Assembly (NCBI GenBank): GCA_010093995.1
Contig: ML992504.1
Span: forward strand, 186,001-250,000
Origin: Elsinoe ampelina
Taxonomy: Eukaryota
DNA: 64,000 nucleotides
Direction: 5' to 3'
Position 1 is the first letter of the stretch, and each line of letters starts with the position of its first letter. The notes beneath the pieces are model-generated. The model was not told the origin of the DNA. It saw only the letters and a program-made list of their open reading frames with translations, and searched no databases. The position numbers and the translations under genes are program-made. Below are positions 50,866 through 64,000 of the stretch, in pieces.

Positions 50866-52011
50866 TCAGATCAAGCCCAGATCAGTGAGTCGCTCCTTGC
50901 ACCGGTCGCAAGTCCCACATTTCACCTCCTGATCCGCCTTCGTCGCTCTCAAGTCGTCCTCCACATTGATCTCCGGCAGAACCTCAAGAATAACATCCGG
51001 ACACTCCGGTCGAGTAAGTGTCAAGCGGGTATACCGCCTCACCAACAGCGTATCCTCCGGATTCCGTAAAGTCGTCGTCTGCACGAATCGTTTCTGCCTA
51101 CGCACCTCCCAGCCACCTAGTCTGAGTTCGTCCAGGTCGAGATCATCTTCTCTGCCGTCCTCAGTATTCGGCAGTACTTCAGTCGTAGTACAGAGGATTC
51201 CGTAAGCTTCGGCACCCTCGTCATCAAAGTCGTCGTCACCATCCAGGTAGTAGTACCTTCTCACTTCCCAGGCAAGCATGACCCCTCTCTGCTGGAAGGA
51301 CTTGCTTTGATGCAGCAGCCAGCGGTGAACGATGGTGTAGTACCTGCTGGGAGGCGGACCGAAGACTGGAGGTTTGTATGCCGGCTCTGGCATGATCTGA
51401 TGTAGACCCTCACCTTCGAAGTAGTCCGGCAGATGGATGTTGAGTGACACCTTTGTCTCCCCTGAGTTCCGTTTTAGGAGTTTGAGTAGGCTCTCCATCT
51501 GTGGAATGTAGTGATAGTCCCAGTCGTCCTTGAATCGATCCGTCGGTGGCAAATCTATCAACTTCGGATTGTCTGGTCGATGTAGGTGAGGATATGTACT
51601 TGGTCTGATGACACCATCGGTTCTTTTGTACTTGCCAGCAGTCGGTAGAAGATTGGGCATCAGAACGATTCGTTGAAGGTATGACCGGTTGCGGTCACCG
51701 ATGCAATGAAGCCACGATATGACTGGTAGGTATTCTTCCACGCCGTGAAAGCATAATGAATTACGGCCGTAGAATACGCGGATTGCATCGACTGACACCC
51801 TCCGGTCAACGAGAACTAGACCGAAGGCGACAGCCGACACGCATGCGGCAGTCGTTTGATGGTCTACATAGCTCAGTCGGTGAGACCTTTGCGAGTCCAC
51901 AACCGCACACGTGTGAACCCTCGAGGTCCAGATCGTGATGGGCAGAGGTGCGACGAGTGCATATGCTAAGATCTGTTCTCTGATTTCCGCGGGTAAGTCA
52001 TAGAAGTGCAT
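50866..52011 (-). CDS. Hypothetical protein with F-box-like N-terminal motif (paralog 1)
   Basis: FYDLPAEIREQILAYAL, VFYGRNSLCF, WLHCIGDRNR; C-terminal CGTCDRC. Confidence 0.8.
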   Translation of the reverse strand: MHFYDLPAEIREQILAYALVAPLPITIWTSRVHTCAVVDSQRSHRLSYVDHQTTAACVSAVAFGLVLVDRRVSVDAIRVFYGRNSLCFHGVEEYLPVISWLHCIGDRNRSYLQRIVLMPNLLPTAGKYKRTDGVIRPSTYPHLHRPDNPKLIDLPPTDRFKDDWDYHYIPQMESLLKLLKRNSGETKVSLNIHLPDYFEGEGLHQIMPEPAYKPPVFGPPPSRYYTIVHRWLLHQSKSFQQRGVMLAWEVRRYYYLDGDDDFDDEGAEAYGILCTTTEVLPNTEDGREDDLDLDELRLGGWEVRRQKRFVQTTTLRNPEDTLLVRRYTRLTLTRPECPDVILEVLPEINVEDDLRATKADQEVKCGTCDRCKERLTDLGLI

Positions 52012-52234
52012 TTGTCGCTAGCTGAATATCGTTGTGCGAAGCGACTGAAGGTAGGTACCAAACGACGTGAGAATTTTGATACCAGCATGGAACACCACAT
52101 CTGATATTACAAATTGGACTTATGATTGTTGTGGGATCTGATGTGCAATTGATTCATGCCCTCGATTATATTCAGACGACAATTCGCTACAACTTTAGCA
52201 CGATTTCGCAAAACCCTCTTTGGCAAATGTCGAA

Positions 52235-53473
52235 TCATTGGCCGTCATGCATTGACTTTGACCAGAGCTTGGTTTGTCTCTCGCGCTCAGCCTTGCCCCA
52301 GGAGATGCAAGCACGACACGATGGACAGGTCCCACATACTATTTCCTGCCCAGCCAGTCTTGATTTCTCATCGTCTCCGTCGCTAATTGGCGGTAGATAC
52401 TTCAGTATATCAGTGGGCACGTCGCCGATGGCAACAGTAGCACGAGTGACAAGACGAGATTTCACTTCTTCATCCTGGTCGTCATGGTCGTAACCTGCTT
52501 CACTGAAGTCACTCCCCTCAGCCTCCTCTAGGATGGTCTTCGTGGTCTCTCGTATGATTGCCCATCCGGCATCAGTAAAGATTTCTCTGTTCTCATCGAA
52601 GGTCTGTAGCTCAAGGAATCGGTCGGAGTCTTCGAAATACTGAAGGTCAGGTAGGAGGGCGACCTCCCACACGACCGCGATACCGGATCCGGCAAAGCCT
52701 GCAGAAGCATGAAGTTGCCATCGAACTCTCATAGTGTTCGATTTTGTTGCTGGTGGAGCACTCTTGCGCGCAGCCATTGTCGCCAGCCTGCGTTTGGTGC
52801 GCATCGGGTCATCTGGACGGAATATAGGCGTGGCCAGCGCCTCGATAAGATACGGTTCAAGACAGTAGGCATGAAGAATGAGTCTGGATGCGCCAGGAGA
52901 CCGCCGTAGGAGGTATACTAGGTCTTTGACATCCTTCTCAAATTCTGTCTCGATTTTCTCGTCTCTGGGCCGAAGGTCGATCAGCCCTGACAGCGCTGGG
53001 TTGTCTCTAGAGTGCTTGTGCAAATGGTATCCAGGCATAGGCAAGCGTCGTCGATACCGATGAGAAGTTGGTAAGATCAACGGCATGAATCTCAGCTGTC
53101 GGAGACGCTCGCGATTCGCGTAGCCGATGCATTGTAGCCAGGACAATATTGGCTCCAGATCTAGACACCCTTGGAAACGAAAGCAATTGTAAGTGTAGAA
53201 GATTGCAATAGCTGCCCGGCCGGTCGTGCGGTCTGCGAGCATCAAGTTTACAGCTAGGTCCGCGATGCTGTCCTTGGTGGGGCCGTGATCGATGACCGTG
53301 AGCGTGTCATCAGTGAGCGTGTCATCAGTGAGTGAATCAGCAGCATGCTCGTTGGAAGACCATACAACGACATCTTCCGAGCAGATAAGGGCACTCTCGA
53401 TGATTCTCCGTCGGATTTCCGGCGGCAAAGTATACAGTGATGGGTTTCCCCGGCCAGATCTTGTGACCACCAT
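52235..53473 (-). CDS. Hypothetical protein with F-box-like N-terminal motif (paralog 2)
   Basis: LYTLPPEIRRRIIESAL, IFYTYNCFRF, WLQCIGYANR; C-terminal CGTCPSCRAC. Start taken at MVVTRSG. Confidence 0.8.
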   Translation of the reverse strand: MVVTRSGRGNPSLYTLPPEIRRRIIESALICSEDVVVWSSNEHAADSLTDDTLTDDTLTVIDHGPTKDSIADLAVNLMLADRTTGRAAIAIFYTYNCFRFQGCLDLEPILSWLQCIGYANRERLRQLRFMPLILPTSHRYRRRLPMPGYHLHKHSRDNPALSGLIDLRPRDEKIETEFEKDVKDLVYLLRRSPGASRLILHAYCLEPYLIEALATPIFRPDDPMRTKRRLATMAARKSAPPATKSNTMRVRWQLHASAGFAGSGIAVVWEVALLPDLQYFEDSDRFLELQTFDENREIFTDAGWAIIRETTKTILEEAEGSDFSEAGYDHDDQDEEVKSRLVTRATVAIGDVPTDILKYLPPISDGDDEKSRLAGQEIVCGTCPSCRACISWGKAERERQTKLWSKSMHDGQ

Positions 53474-53683
53474 GGTGAAGTGTCCAGCCAGGCGGGAATT
53501 GCAGCTGGAGGGAGCACGTCGAAGAGATGGTCTGCGGGAAGAGGAAGCTGAGTTTATGTATGTTGAGCTGTGCGGGGCCTGAAAAGGTGCGGGAAAGCCA
53601 CCAGTGCCAATCGGACTGTGCCCCCCGAACGAGCCCGCACTGATTGCCTCATTTGTCACGACGTGCGTACATCAAAACTAGCT

Positions 53684-54786
53684 TCATTCATCCGGTCGGA
53701 GTCGTTTGACTACCCTGAGAACACTAATACTAAAGGTAATGCACCATGTAATCAGTGCCACCAATAACACAGCCGACAAGCCTGTCTGACTATGGCATAT
53801 TCCTGCATCTCTGGGACAAGTTTGCTGCCGCCCACTATCATAGCAGGCCCACCGGGTATCTGTGAGTGAATCGAATGCCAAAGCCAGATTGGAACTGTAG
53901 AAGACGATGAAATAGAGATCGATGAGTAGGAGCGCGGTCTTTGCCGTCGCTGATCGTAGGCCGAGAGGCTTTGAAGTGTATTCGTCCAAGGTGACGTAAA
54001 TAATGTAGGGAACGGCGATAGTATCGACGATGATAGCAATGTAGGTCGAGGCTCTTTGAGTACACCCTTCTTGGACTTCGCCATTGAGGTCGGATGTCTC
54101 CTTGTAGACCCGAGCTCCAAGACCCAGTGCAGCCAAGGTGAAGATGGCTGTTATGAGACGAAAGACGAGCGGGACGAACGGGTTTTTGAGTATGGTTCCC
54201 TGGTACGGTCAATCCAGTGCTACAGGCGGGCCTTCAAGGTCCTTGGATGGAGTACTACCTTGGCTTTATTGACAGAGCCACGTCGTCGAGCAGCATCGAA
54301 GAGAAAACTTCTGTGCTTTTCTTCCTTGTGCTCGTCCTCTCCAGTGTCATAGTTGGAAGCGAAGATGGGCATATTCTCCTCCATCCATTCGTCTGACATT
54401 ACCTGGGATCCCTGAACCTCAGTCGACTTGTACTGCGGTCCAGACAACATGAAGGGCAACCACCGGGCAGAACTCTCGTGGAGGGTCTGGTCCAGCATCG
54501 CCGGTTCCGCATCTCGAAGATGGTCCCATCTCCTCCCTCTCCCGGTACGATTCCCTCTTTGCGACTCGGGCAAGTATTGGTGGTGTGGCATCACAGGCGT
54601 CTGCGGGCGGAGGAGAGGCTGGACAAGTTGACTCCTCCGGTCATGTTGGTCTGGTGTTATGATCCACGGCGGTATTGATCGGAGTTGTGGCCGAGAATCG
54701 TCATCCTGCTCTTCATTGTGCTTTGTATCGGGCGAATCCGTGTTGTGGTTGTTATTCACAGTCGACGAGGCCCAGTCCTGGGCCAT
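53684..54786 (-). CDS. Srf1-like regulator of phospholipase D, membrane protein, spliced
   Basis: RSIPPW and GRRWDH N-region; C-terminal transmembrane block with DEYTSKPLGLRS and SSNLALAF. Confidence 0.8.
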
Positions 54787-55132
54787 AACCGTCTAGCGTT
54801 CAAGCGATTGTTGACGGTGTTGTAATAATGGTTTCTGCGATCGCATGTCGTCCAAGCGAGTCCTGCTCGTTGTGCTGTGAGAAAGGCGTGAGAAAAGCAA
54901 GTGATCACGAGGCGAAAGCGCAATAAGCAGCGGTAGGCATTAGCTTTTAACCAAGTCAACGACGGGCAACGCAACAAGAATCGACATGAACCAAGGCCCA
55001 TGCGGCTCTGCTGACGTTTAGTTTTTGAAGCATGGCAATCTGCAGACCTCGGACCCACTTGGACGGACGCAAATCCCGGCAGATCCCGCCGCTCCAGATT
55101 ACCGAAGAACTAAAATCCCCAAAATGGAAGAA

Positions 55133-55166
55133 ACGCGTTCGTAAAGTGGTTTCGCGTCAGACGCGT
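55133..55166 (+). promoter_or_regulatory. MCB (MluI cell-cycle) boxes upstream of MCM3
   Basis: ACGCGT at 55133-55138 and 55161-55166 plus TCGCGT at 55152, 150-190 bp before the ATG of a DNA-replication gene. Confidence 0.7.
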
Positions 55167-55319
55167 CCGCTTCGGCGCTTCTGAGCTTCCCCTAGATTTA
55201 CTTTCTGCAGCCCCTCCTCTATCATTGCATCTGTTTGCTTCACGCAACGACCTGCCCACAACACATTTCAGCAAAGGAAAATCAACATCCCTGAATAGAA
55301 CGATCGCTGAATTGTCGTC

Positions 55320-58078
<2,759 letters not shown>

Positions 58079-58236
58079 CAGAGCGTATGGTTGCATGGAC
58101 GGTGTCGGGGTATTGGTAATGGTTGCATGATCGGATATGATACCAGCTCGAATGAAATATTCCCAAACGCCCCTCCCTCCCGACTATGCAAAAGGTATCA
58201 TGTCTCATCACCGCTTCCCCTCCCCACCCTCATCCC

Positions 58237-59037
58237 CTAGCTCATTATCCTCCTCACCCTCTCCAACAACACCCCACTCTCCCTCCCCAGCTTCCTCTGC
58301 CCATTCTTCCCCCCCGTCCTCGCCTTGGCCATCGCCCGCCTAAACCTCTCCCTCTCCGCCGCCTTCTCGTCCCTCTCCCTACGCGCCCTCTCAATCCGCT
58401 CCCTCCGCTCCTCGGCTTCTTTCCGTCGCCGCTCGGCCGCGCGCTGCTCTTTCGCGAACGGAACGGGTTTGGGGCGGCGTTGGCGGCGTTCTGCTGCGCG
58501 GGTGGCGTCGCGGTCGTAGGCGGGGAGAGGGGGAGGGGAGGCGGGGCGGGACATCATGGCTTGGCGGTCGGGGTGGGGGTCGTTGGAGACTTGGGCGGCG
58601 GGGGCGAGTGCTTCGTCCGCGGTGGTGGGGGGGCGGGTGTCGTCTTCGGGCCCGGAGGAGGGGTCGTCGGCTTCGGCGCCTTCCATTCTCCGTCGGACGC
58701 GTTCGTCTTGTTCATCTCGCTCTTTGGCGGCTTCGGCTTCGGCTTGGGCGTAGTATTTCAGCTCGTTTCCGCGGGCTTGCTCGTCTGAGGGGAGGCGGGT
58801 CTTGAGTTTGCGGTAGTCTTGGCGGAGTTTGGCCTTGTCTACTAGGCTGCGTTTGATGCGCTGGTTGCGGCGCTTCCATTGCCCTTCTGGGAGGTTGGCG
58901 GGGCCGACGGAGATGCCTTTCTTTGATTTTGAGGGGAGGGATGAGGTGGGTTGGGAGGAGGTGGAGGGAGAGGGTTTGGCGCGCTTCGAAGAGGGGACGG
59001 CGGAGGAAAAAGAGGATTTCCGCTTCTCGCTGCTCAT
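58237..59037 (-). CDS. Basic coiled-coil protein, FYV7/rRNA-processing-like
   Basis: VGPANLPEGQWKRR..IKRSL..KAKLR and C-terminal GQRKLGRESGVLLERV. Confidence 0.75.
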   Translation of the reverse strand: MSSEKRKSSFSSAVPSSKRAKPSPSTSSQPTSSLPSKSKKGISVGPANLPEGQWKRRNQRIKRSLVDKAKLRQDYRKLKTRLPSDEQARGNELKYYAQAEAEAAKERDEQDERVRRRMEGAEADDPSSGPEDDTRPPTTADEALAPAAQVSNDPHPDRQAMMSRPASPPPLPAYDRDATRAAERRQRRPKPVPFAKEQRAAERRRKEAEERRERIERARRERDEKAAERERFRRAMAKARTGGKNGQRKLGRESGVLLERVRRIMS

Positions 59038-59318
59038 GGTGTGGATGGAGGAGGTTGACTTGGTTCGATGTAGAGGCTAGACAGGTTGTTGAAGGTGTCG
59101 AGAAGTCCAGGAAATTTTCTGGAGGGAGATGGGCGGTTTGCGGGGGAAGTTCGCCCGAGGCGTTCAACCACACAACATGGAGGAGGGAGGCAATGCGACA
59201 ACCGAAAAAAAGATTTGATTTCAGCAGAATATCTGATTCGACGTGTTCGGTCGAGCACAGAAAGTGAAAACGATCAAGATCTTGAAGGAACGCTGAAAGA
59301 TACATGCAAATGCGAAGT

Positions 59319-61501
59319 CTACATCAAGTATAGTGACCATACAAGCAAGGACACCACGGGCGCCACAACATGCGATGCTACTGACCCAGCAGCGCCACCA
59401 GTAAAAGGCTTGACTGGCGAGATCGGTGTCTTTCCACCACTCGGTGCATTCGAACCGCCTTGGTCGCTCCCTCCCCCAAGGCCGGATCCGCTTCCCTGTC
59501 CGTTACCATATCTGGTGCCAGCATTGCCGTTCTGTCCACCTGCCTGGCCAGATCCAGAGCCAAATACTCCGCCGGGACATACTGGGCAAGGGCCATAGGT
59601 GCCGCCGCCCTGAATTCCAGAGATGCTCCCTCCGTCGACCGTGCCATCCCCCTTCCATGTTGGTAGGTTCTCACCGATACCACGACCGTCTGTATAGTTC
59701 TTGCCCGTGGAGTTCATGTTGTCGAGAAGAGGGAGGAGACTGGACCAGCCTTGTCCGGAGAAGAGGGCGATATCTGGTTGACAGACAGTGCCTGGAGGAG
59801 GCAGCGTTCCATTTGCCCAGTAAGCCTGAGTCCAGCGAGCAGTACATAGAGACGGAGAAGCGGACGAGCAATGCTGAGACAGGTCAGTCGTCATTATTCT
59901 GGCCCAGGGCCCTGGTAGTACTCACTCCGTAGCCATTATGTTGTAGCACAGCGCTTCCTGGGAACATGCTACTGGTATTGAAAGCCGATGCCAAGGGTGT
60001 GATAGGATCGTAGGTGTTTCCGATGAAGAGGATCGGTGATTTGGTCGAGGCACTGTAAGGGGCAACCTCGCGGTCTTTCGCCAGGAATGGCCATTGAGCA
60101 CACTTGGCAAGAGTGTTGACCTCCAACTCGCCATACATGAAGCTGTACTTGTAAAGCGCCTTGATGGGATCTGCTAGTTGGTCTGCTGTGCTAGCTCGAA
60201 AATCACCATCAGAGCAACTTATACCATAGAAGGACTCCAGACCCTCGTCTTGGAAAGCCAATGGCTGCTGGGGATCCAAGGTAGCTTTGAACAGGGTCGC
60301 GTTCCTGGTCATGATGGCCTTCAATGCTTGAGCAGTCACGGGCCAGTACTTTGGGGCGTAGAGGGCGTTGAAAAATCTAGAGAGGACATAGGCGTATGGG
60401 ATCTGCTGGCCGAGGATCGTGTAATTGGTACGCGTCTGCAGCGAGTAGATGAAATCAAAGACCTTGGTTTCAAGTTGCTGGGCGGTCAGATTACTTTCAG
60501 CAAGGGCGCACTTGGTAGGATTAGCAGCACAGCTGCTGAAGAATCCCGCAGCAACATCGTCACTGTTGCGACCCGACTCGGCGTTTCTGATCTCGTTAGC
60601 TGGACCACTCTGTGAGTTCTGGTAGTTCTTCAACTCACATTCCGGTATACCATTCGTCGATATTGACATTGCCGTCAAGAATCATTTTCTCCACCTTGTC
60701 GGGGTACATGCTGGCAAAGGTAGATCCAAGGACTGTACCATACGAGAAACCTGAAGATTCGATCAGAGTAGTCGTGGCAAACATGACAAAAGAAGCTTAC
60801 CCCAAAAGCGGAGCAGGCCGTCCTCATTCAGAGCCTCGACAATCTGCAGCATATCCTGAGCGACGAAGGATGTACCTATCAGCTGCCCAGTCTTGGCCAT
60901 AGTCTTTTGGCATGCCTCTGCGAGCTTGCTGCCGAATTTGAATTGTGACTCAATAGCCTTTTGCGAACCGCCATTGAGCTCCTTGTTGTTGTAGAGCACC
61001 TGAGCTCGCGCTCTGTCGTTGGAGAAGCACGAGTATGGAATCGTGAGTCCCGTGCCACTACCAAGATATCAGAAAGTACTCGCGAGATGGCAGACGACAC
61101 GTACCGTGGATCAAAGCCGACGAGATCGTACTCGTTATTGGATAAGCTGATTGAAGTCAGAGCTGTATCTCGCAGAAGCTCAATCAGGCTTACACGGGGA
61201 ACTCGTATCCATCGCTGGTGAAGTACTCTCCAGTAGACACGCCTGGCCCACCGAAATTGAACAAGATGCTGCCCTTGGCTGGCTGCTTCAGTGCCGGAAT
61301 TCGATACAAAGCAAGGCGAAGCTTTTCGGAAGAAGATGACGTATAGTCCAGCGGTACATCCAAACTAGCACAACGCAAAGTCTTGCCAACCCGTGTAGCT
61401 GCCTCGCAGGGTACCCAATTTAGAGTGGATTGCCGTTCCGTGTGTTGTAATGCGGATGCGACCGACGCTGAAAGCGCCAGCAGCGCGATCGAGTACTTCA
61501 T
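59319..61501 (-). CDS. Secreted TAP-like alpha/beta hydrolase (tripeptidyl aminopeptidase family) with Gly-rich tail, multi-exon
   Basis: Signal peptide, CASLDVPLDY, NFGGPG, GFDPR, G|FSYGT nucleophile, ILFIGNTYDPITPL, G|HCS, YWANGTLP. Confidence 0.92.
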
Positions 61502-62179
61502 GTTGGAAAATGGTGTAGAAGAGGAAACAAGAGCTCAGAGGTGGTCTATTTGACCAGGGAGGAAAGACAATGCAAACTGTTGCACCGTGTGGCGCTGAGG
61601 AGGAAGATTGCAGCGCTACCTACCAGATGTTCTTGATATTGCTGCCAACGGCTCTGTCTTGAACTGTGAGGAGCTGCATCGATAAGTCCACGACAAAATC
61701 ACTTGCTCAGTGCTCCAGTATGACCGAACCTCTGACTGGATCCAAAGAGTCCGTCTGCCTTACCTGAAAGCCATCAAAGACATCTCTCGGGGTGCTGGAT
61801 CGGCACAGAAACTTCTCGAGCAACCATGGAGTTCGTGATAGTGAACGACGGATGCGTAGACAACGCCTGGGGTTCCGTTGGCCATCACAACAAAGAAATG
61901 AGATGAGAGAAGAACGGCCGAACATGACCCTGAATTTTTGCATTTCTCCTCGGACTTTTCGGCGTTTGTGCGGGACGACGCGGGACAAATGCAGCACGGA
62001 CCGCTTCAGTCTAAAGTGGAAACGTTTGCTTGACCTCATTCTTCACATCCTGCGGAGCAATCACATGTCTATCTGACAGTGATTTCTATCTTCACGGCAT
62101 CTGCACCAACCATGCTGTGTCAGTGTGGCTGTATAAGCTTGACATCTTCAGTTTCCGACACCTGAACGCCCTGCTCGTC

Positions 62180-63227
62180 ATGGCATCGACGTCATTTGAG
62201 CCTGGATGGAACTGGCCCGAAAATCTGCCTGGAAGCTTCACAGCGGACACGCCACGCTCAGCAGAGCCTGCAGAACAAGTCAAAGATGAAGCGTCATCTG
62301 CTTCAAGCCAAGAATATACGAGGTCGGCAACATCCGAGAAGCCCTCAGCTTCGCACACATCCCCCGGTGGCGATACTGCAGGTCCGGACTCCAGCCAGCG
62401 TAGGAGGACTCACTACGGTCCTCGTACTTGCAGAATCTGCTTGGAGACAGTGCTGCCAAAGTATGAGATGCCGGCTGAAAACTTGCCAGATTTTCTCCAA
62501 GGCCGCCCGAACGTAGAGTATGTAAGTGAAGATGGTGGCCGCCTCATCAGACCCTGTCTCTGCAAGGGGAGCCAGAAGTATGTTCATGAAGGGTGTCTAT
62601 CTCTCTGGAGGTTGCAGGACCCCAACAACAAGCGAAACTACTGGGAATGCCCGACATGCAAGTACAACTATCGTCTAGGTCGCATGACTTGGGCACACTG
62701 GATTGGTAGCACTGCCGCGCAAGTCATGCTTACCATTCTGATATTCATATTCGCGACCTTTTTTCTCGGATATGTGGCGGATCCCATCATCAACCTCTAC
62801 GTCGACCCTTGGACAACCGTGACGTCCGGCTTTGATGACCGGGACTACTACTACGAGGAGGACCCAAGCACTTGGTTCGAGCACTTCATCAAGGGCTTCG
62901 CGTCTCTCGGTCTGCTTGGGTTCATGAAGTTCTTATTCACTGCGCCTTGGCAATGGCTCAACATGCGCGGCACCACGGTGTATGGAGGAGGACGGGCAGG
63001 GACTACAGGGAGAGATCGGATGCAGCAAATCAGCTGGTTTGCCGTCATTGTTGGTATCATCACTGTGTTATGGGTATGTGCTTCGGACCTCTTTCAAGGA
63101 CTATCACTCACGTTATCAGGCTGTTTGGAAAGGCGTCCGAGCATGGAGTCGTCGGACTCTGACCCGTGCTTCCGAGCGGGTGATGGATGTACCTGTATCT
63201 GGAGATGACGATGATGATGATGAGTAA
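62180..63227 (+). CDS. RING-CH (RINGv) E3 ubiquitin ligase, membrane anchored
   Basis: CRICLE..PCLCKGSQKYVHEGCL..W..CPTC followed by transmembrane segments; intron ~63074-63119. Confidence 0.92.
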
Positions 63228-63329
63228 ATGTACGATATCGCTGTTGGTCGTCCGGTCCGCCTTTCTGATCGTGCTGCACCTTTGCCACTATCCGACTCTC
63301 TCAACCGCATCTCTTAAGTTGCCACGACT

Positions 63330-64000
63330 TCAAGTCATTGTTGTGTCAATTAGTCTTTTTGCGGAGATCAACTTGGTAGGAGTGCCCAGTTGCAGTGACT
63401 TGCGTTTTGCAGGACACGGCTTACGCTGGGCTTCCATTACACCACTCGCGTCACATCTGCATACTGTCTCTATGACCTCGTCCTCGGATTTCTCCTTCGG
63501 ATGGCCCAAGTCCAGAGCTCTGCATTTGTGAAACAATCAGGACATTGTATTGTTGATGTGTGCTACCCGACAATGTGGCACTTGCCTGTCTTGTGCGTTG
63601 TCTCCGCTCCTTCCATCGAGTCATCTGTCAGATCCACGTGGTCTGTGTGACCTTGTGCGCCTGTGACATGTGAAACTCGCGATGCATTTTTTCCGCCACT
63701 TCACTGCTTCAATGAAGGTAGGCTGGTCTCACTCCTTTGCAACACTCACACCACAGCAAAGCAGGAGACTGCGCTTCGCGGTCAGCAATGGCCATGCCGT
63801 CAAGCGACGAGTACCACGCACCAATCGATTCGCCAGCAGTCCAAGACCTGATCAGCAGAGTCCGTTCACAGCTTGATGTGGTCGCTGAGCCTGAAGCGCG
63901 ATCGACACTGAAAGAGGCGGTCAAATTGGTTATTCGACTTTCACTGCGACTGCTACCAAGAGAAGGCACATCTGCATCACAGAAAGAGCACATTGACAAT
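63330..64000 (-). CDS. Possible 3' exons of a gene entering from beyond the window
   Basis: Open minus-strand frames (63709-63999, 63330-63536) and a plausible GT..CTGAT..CAG intron near 63520-63567; no recognisable motif. Confidence 0.3.

Overview
Eukaryotic DNA from a filamentous ascomycete (short GT-AG introns with CTRAC branch points, RIP-type mutation; Dothideomycete-like by inference). Positions ~840-20458 form a 19.6 kb AT-rich, TpA-saturated block of nested dead transposons, which the ORF track misses entirely. It holds one complete Ty3/gypsy chromovirus (11747-18050, TSD CGTTA), three truncated gypsy pieces, a solo LTR and hAT DNA-transposon remnants. Reversing RIP changes by eye reveals two divergent, two-intron histone H3-like genes next to hAT transposase sequence (~9730-10542 and ~18470-19035, minus strand). 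Both show some CenH3-like features. This is the main finding. Each side of the block carries a small, intron-split secreted-protein gene (effector candidates), and a 148 bp MITE sits upstream of the left one. The remaining ~43 kb is gene-dense: secreted YcaC-type isochorismatase, a conserved hypothetical gene, UGP1, a RIP-killed pogo element, a FolB-like gene, STI1, a 29-aa Cys microprotein, a PRPP synthetase, IDH2, SEC5 and a Mit_KHE1 gene. An accessory-looking stretch follows (PTH11-like receptor, Zn2Cys6 factor, secreted unknown, two F-box-like paralogs), then SRF1-like, MCM3, FYV7-like, a TAP-like hydrolase and a RING-CH ligase. All calls come from manual reading; no database search was run.
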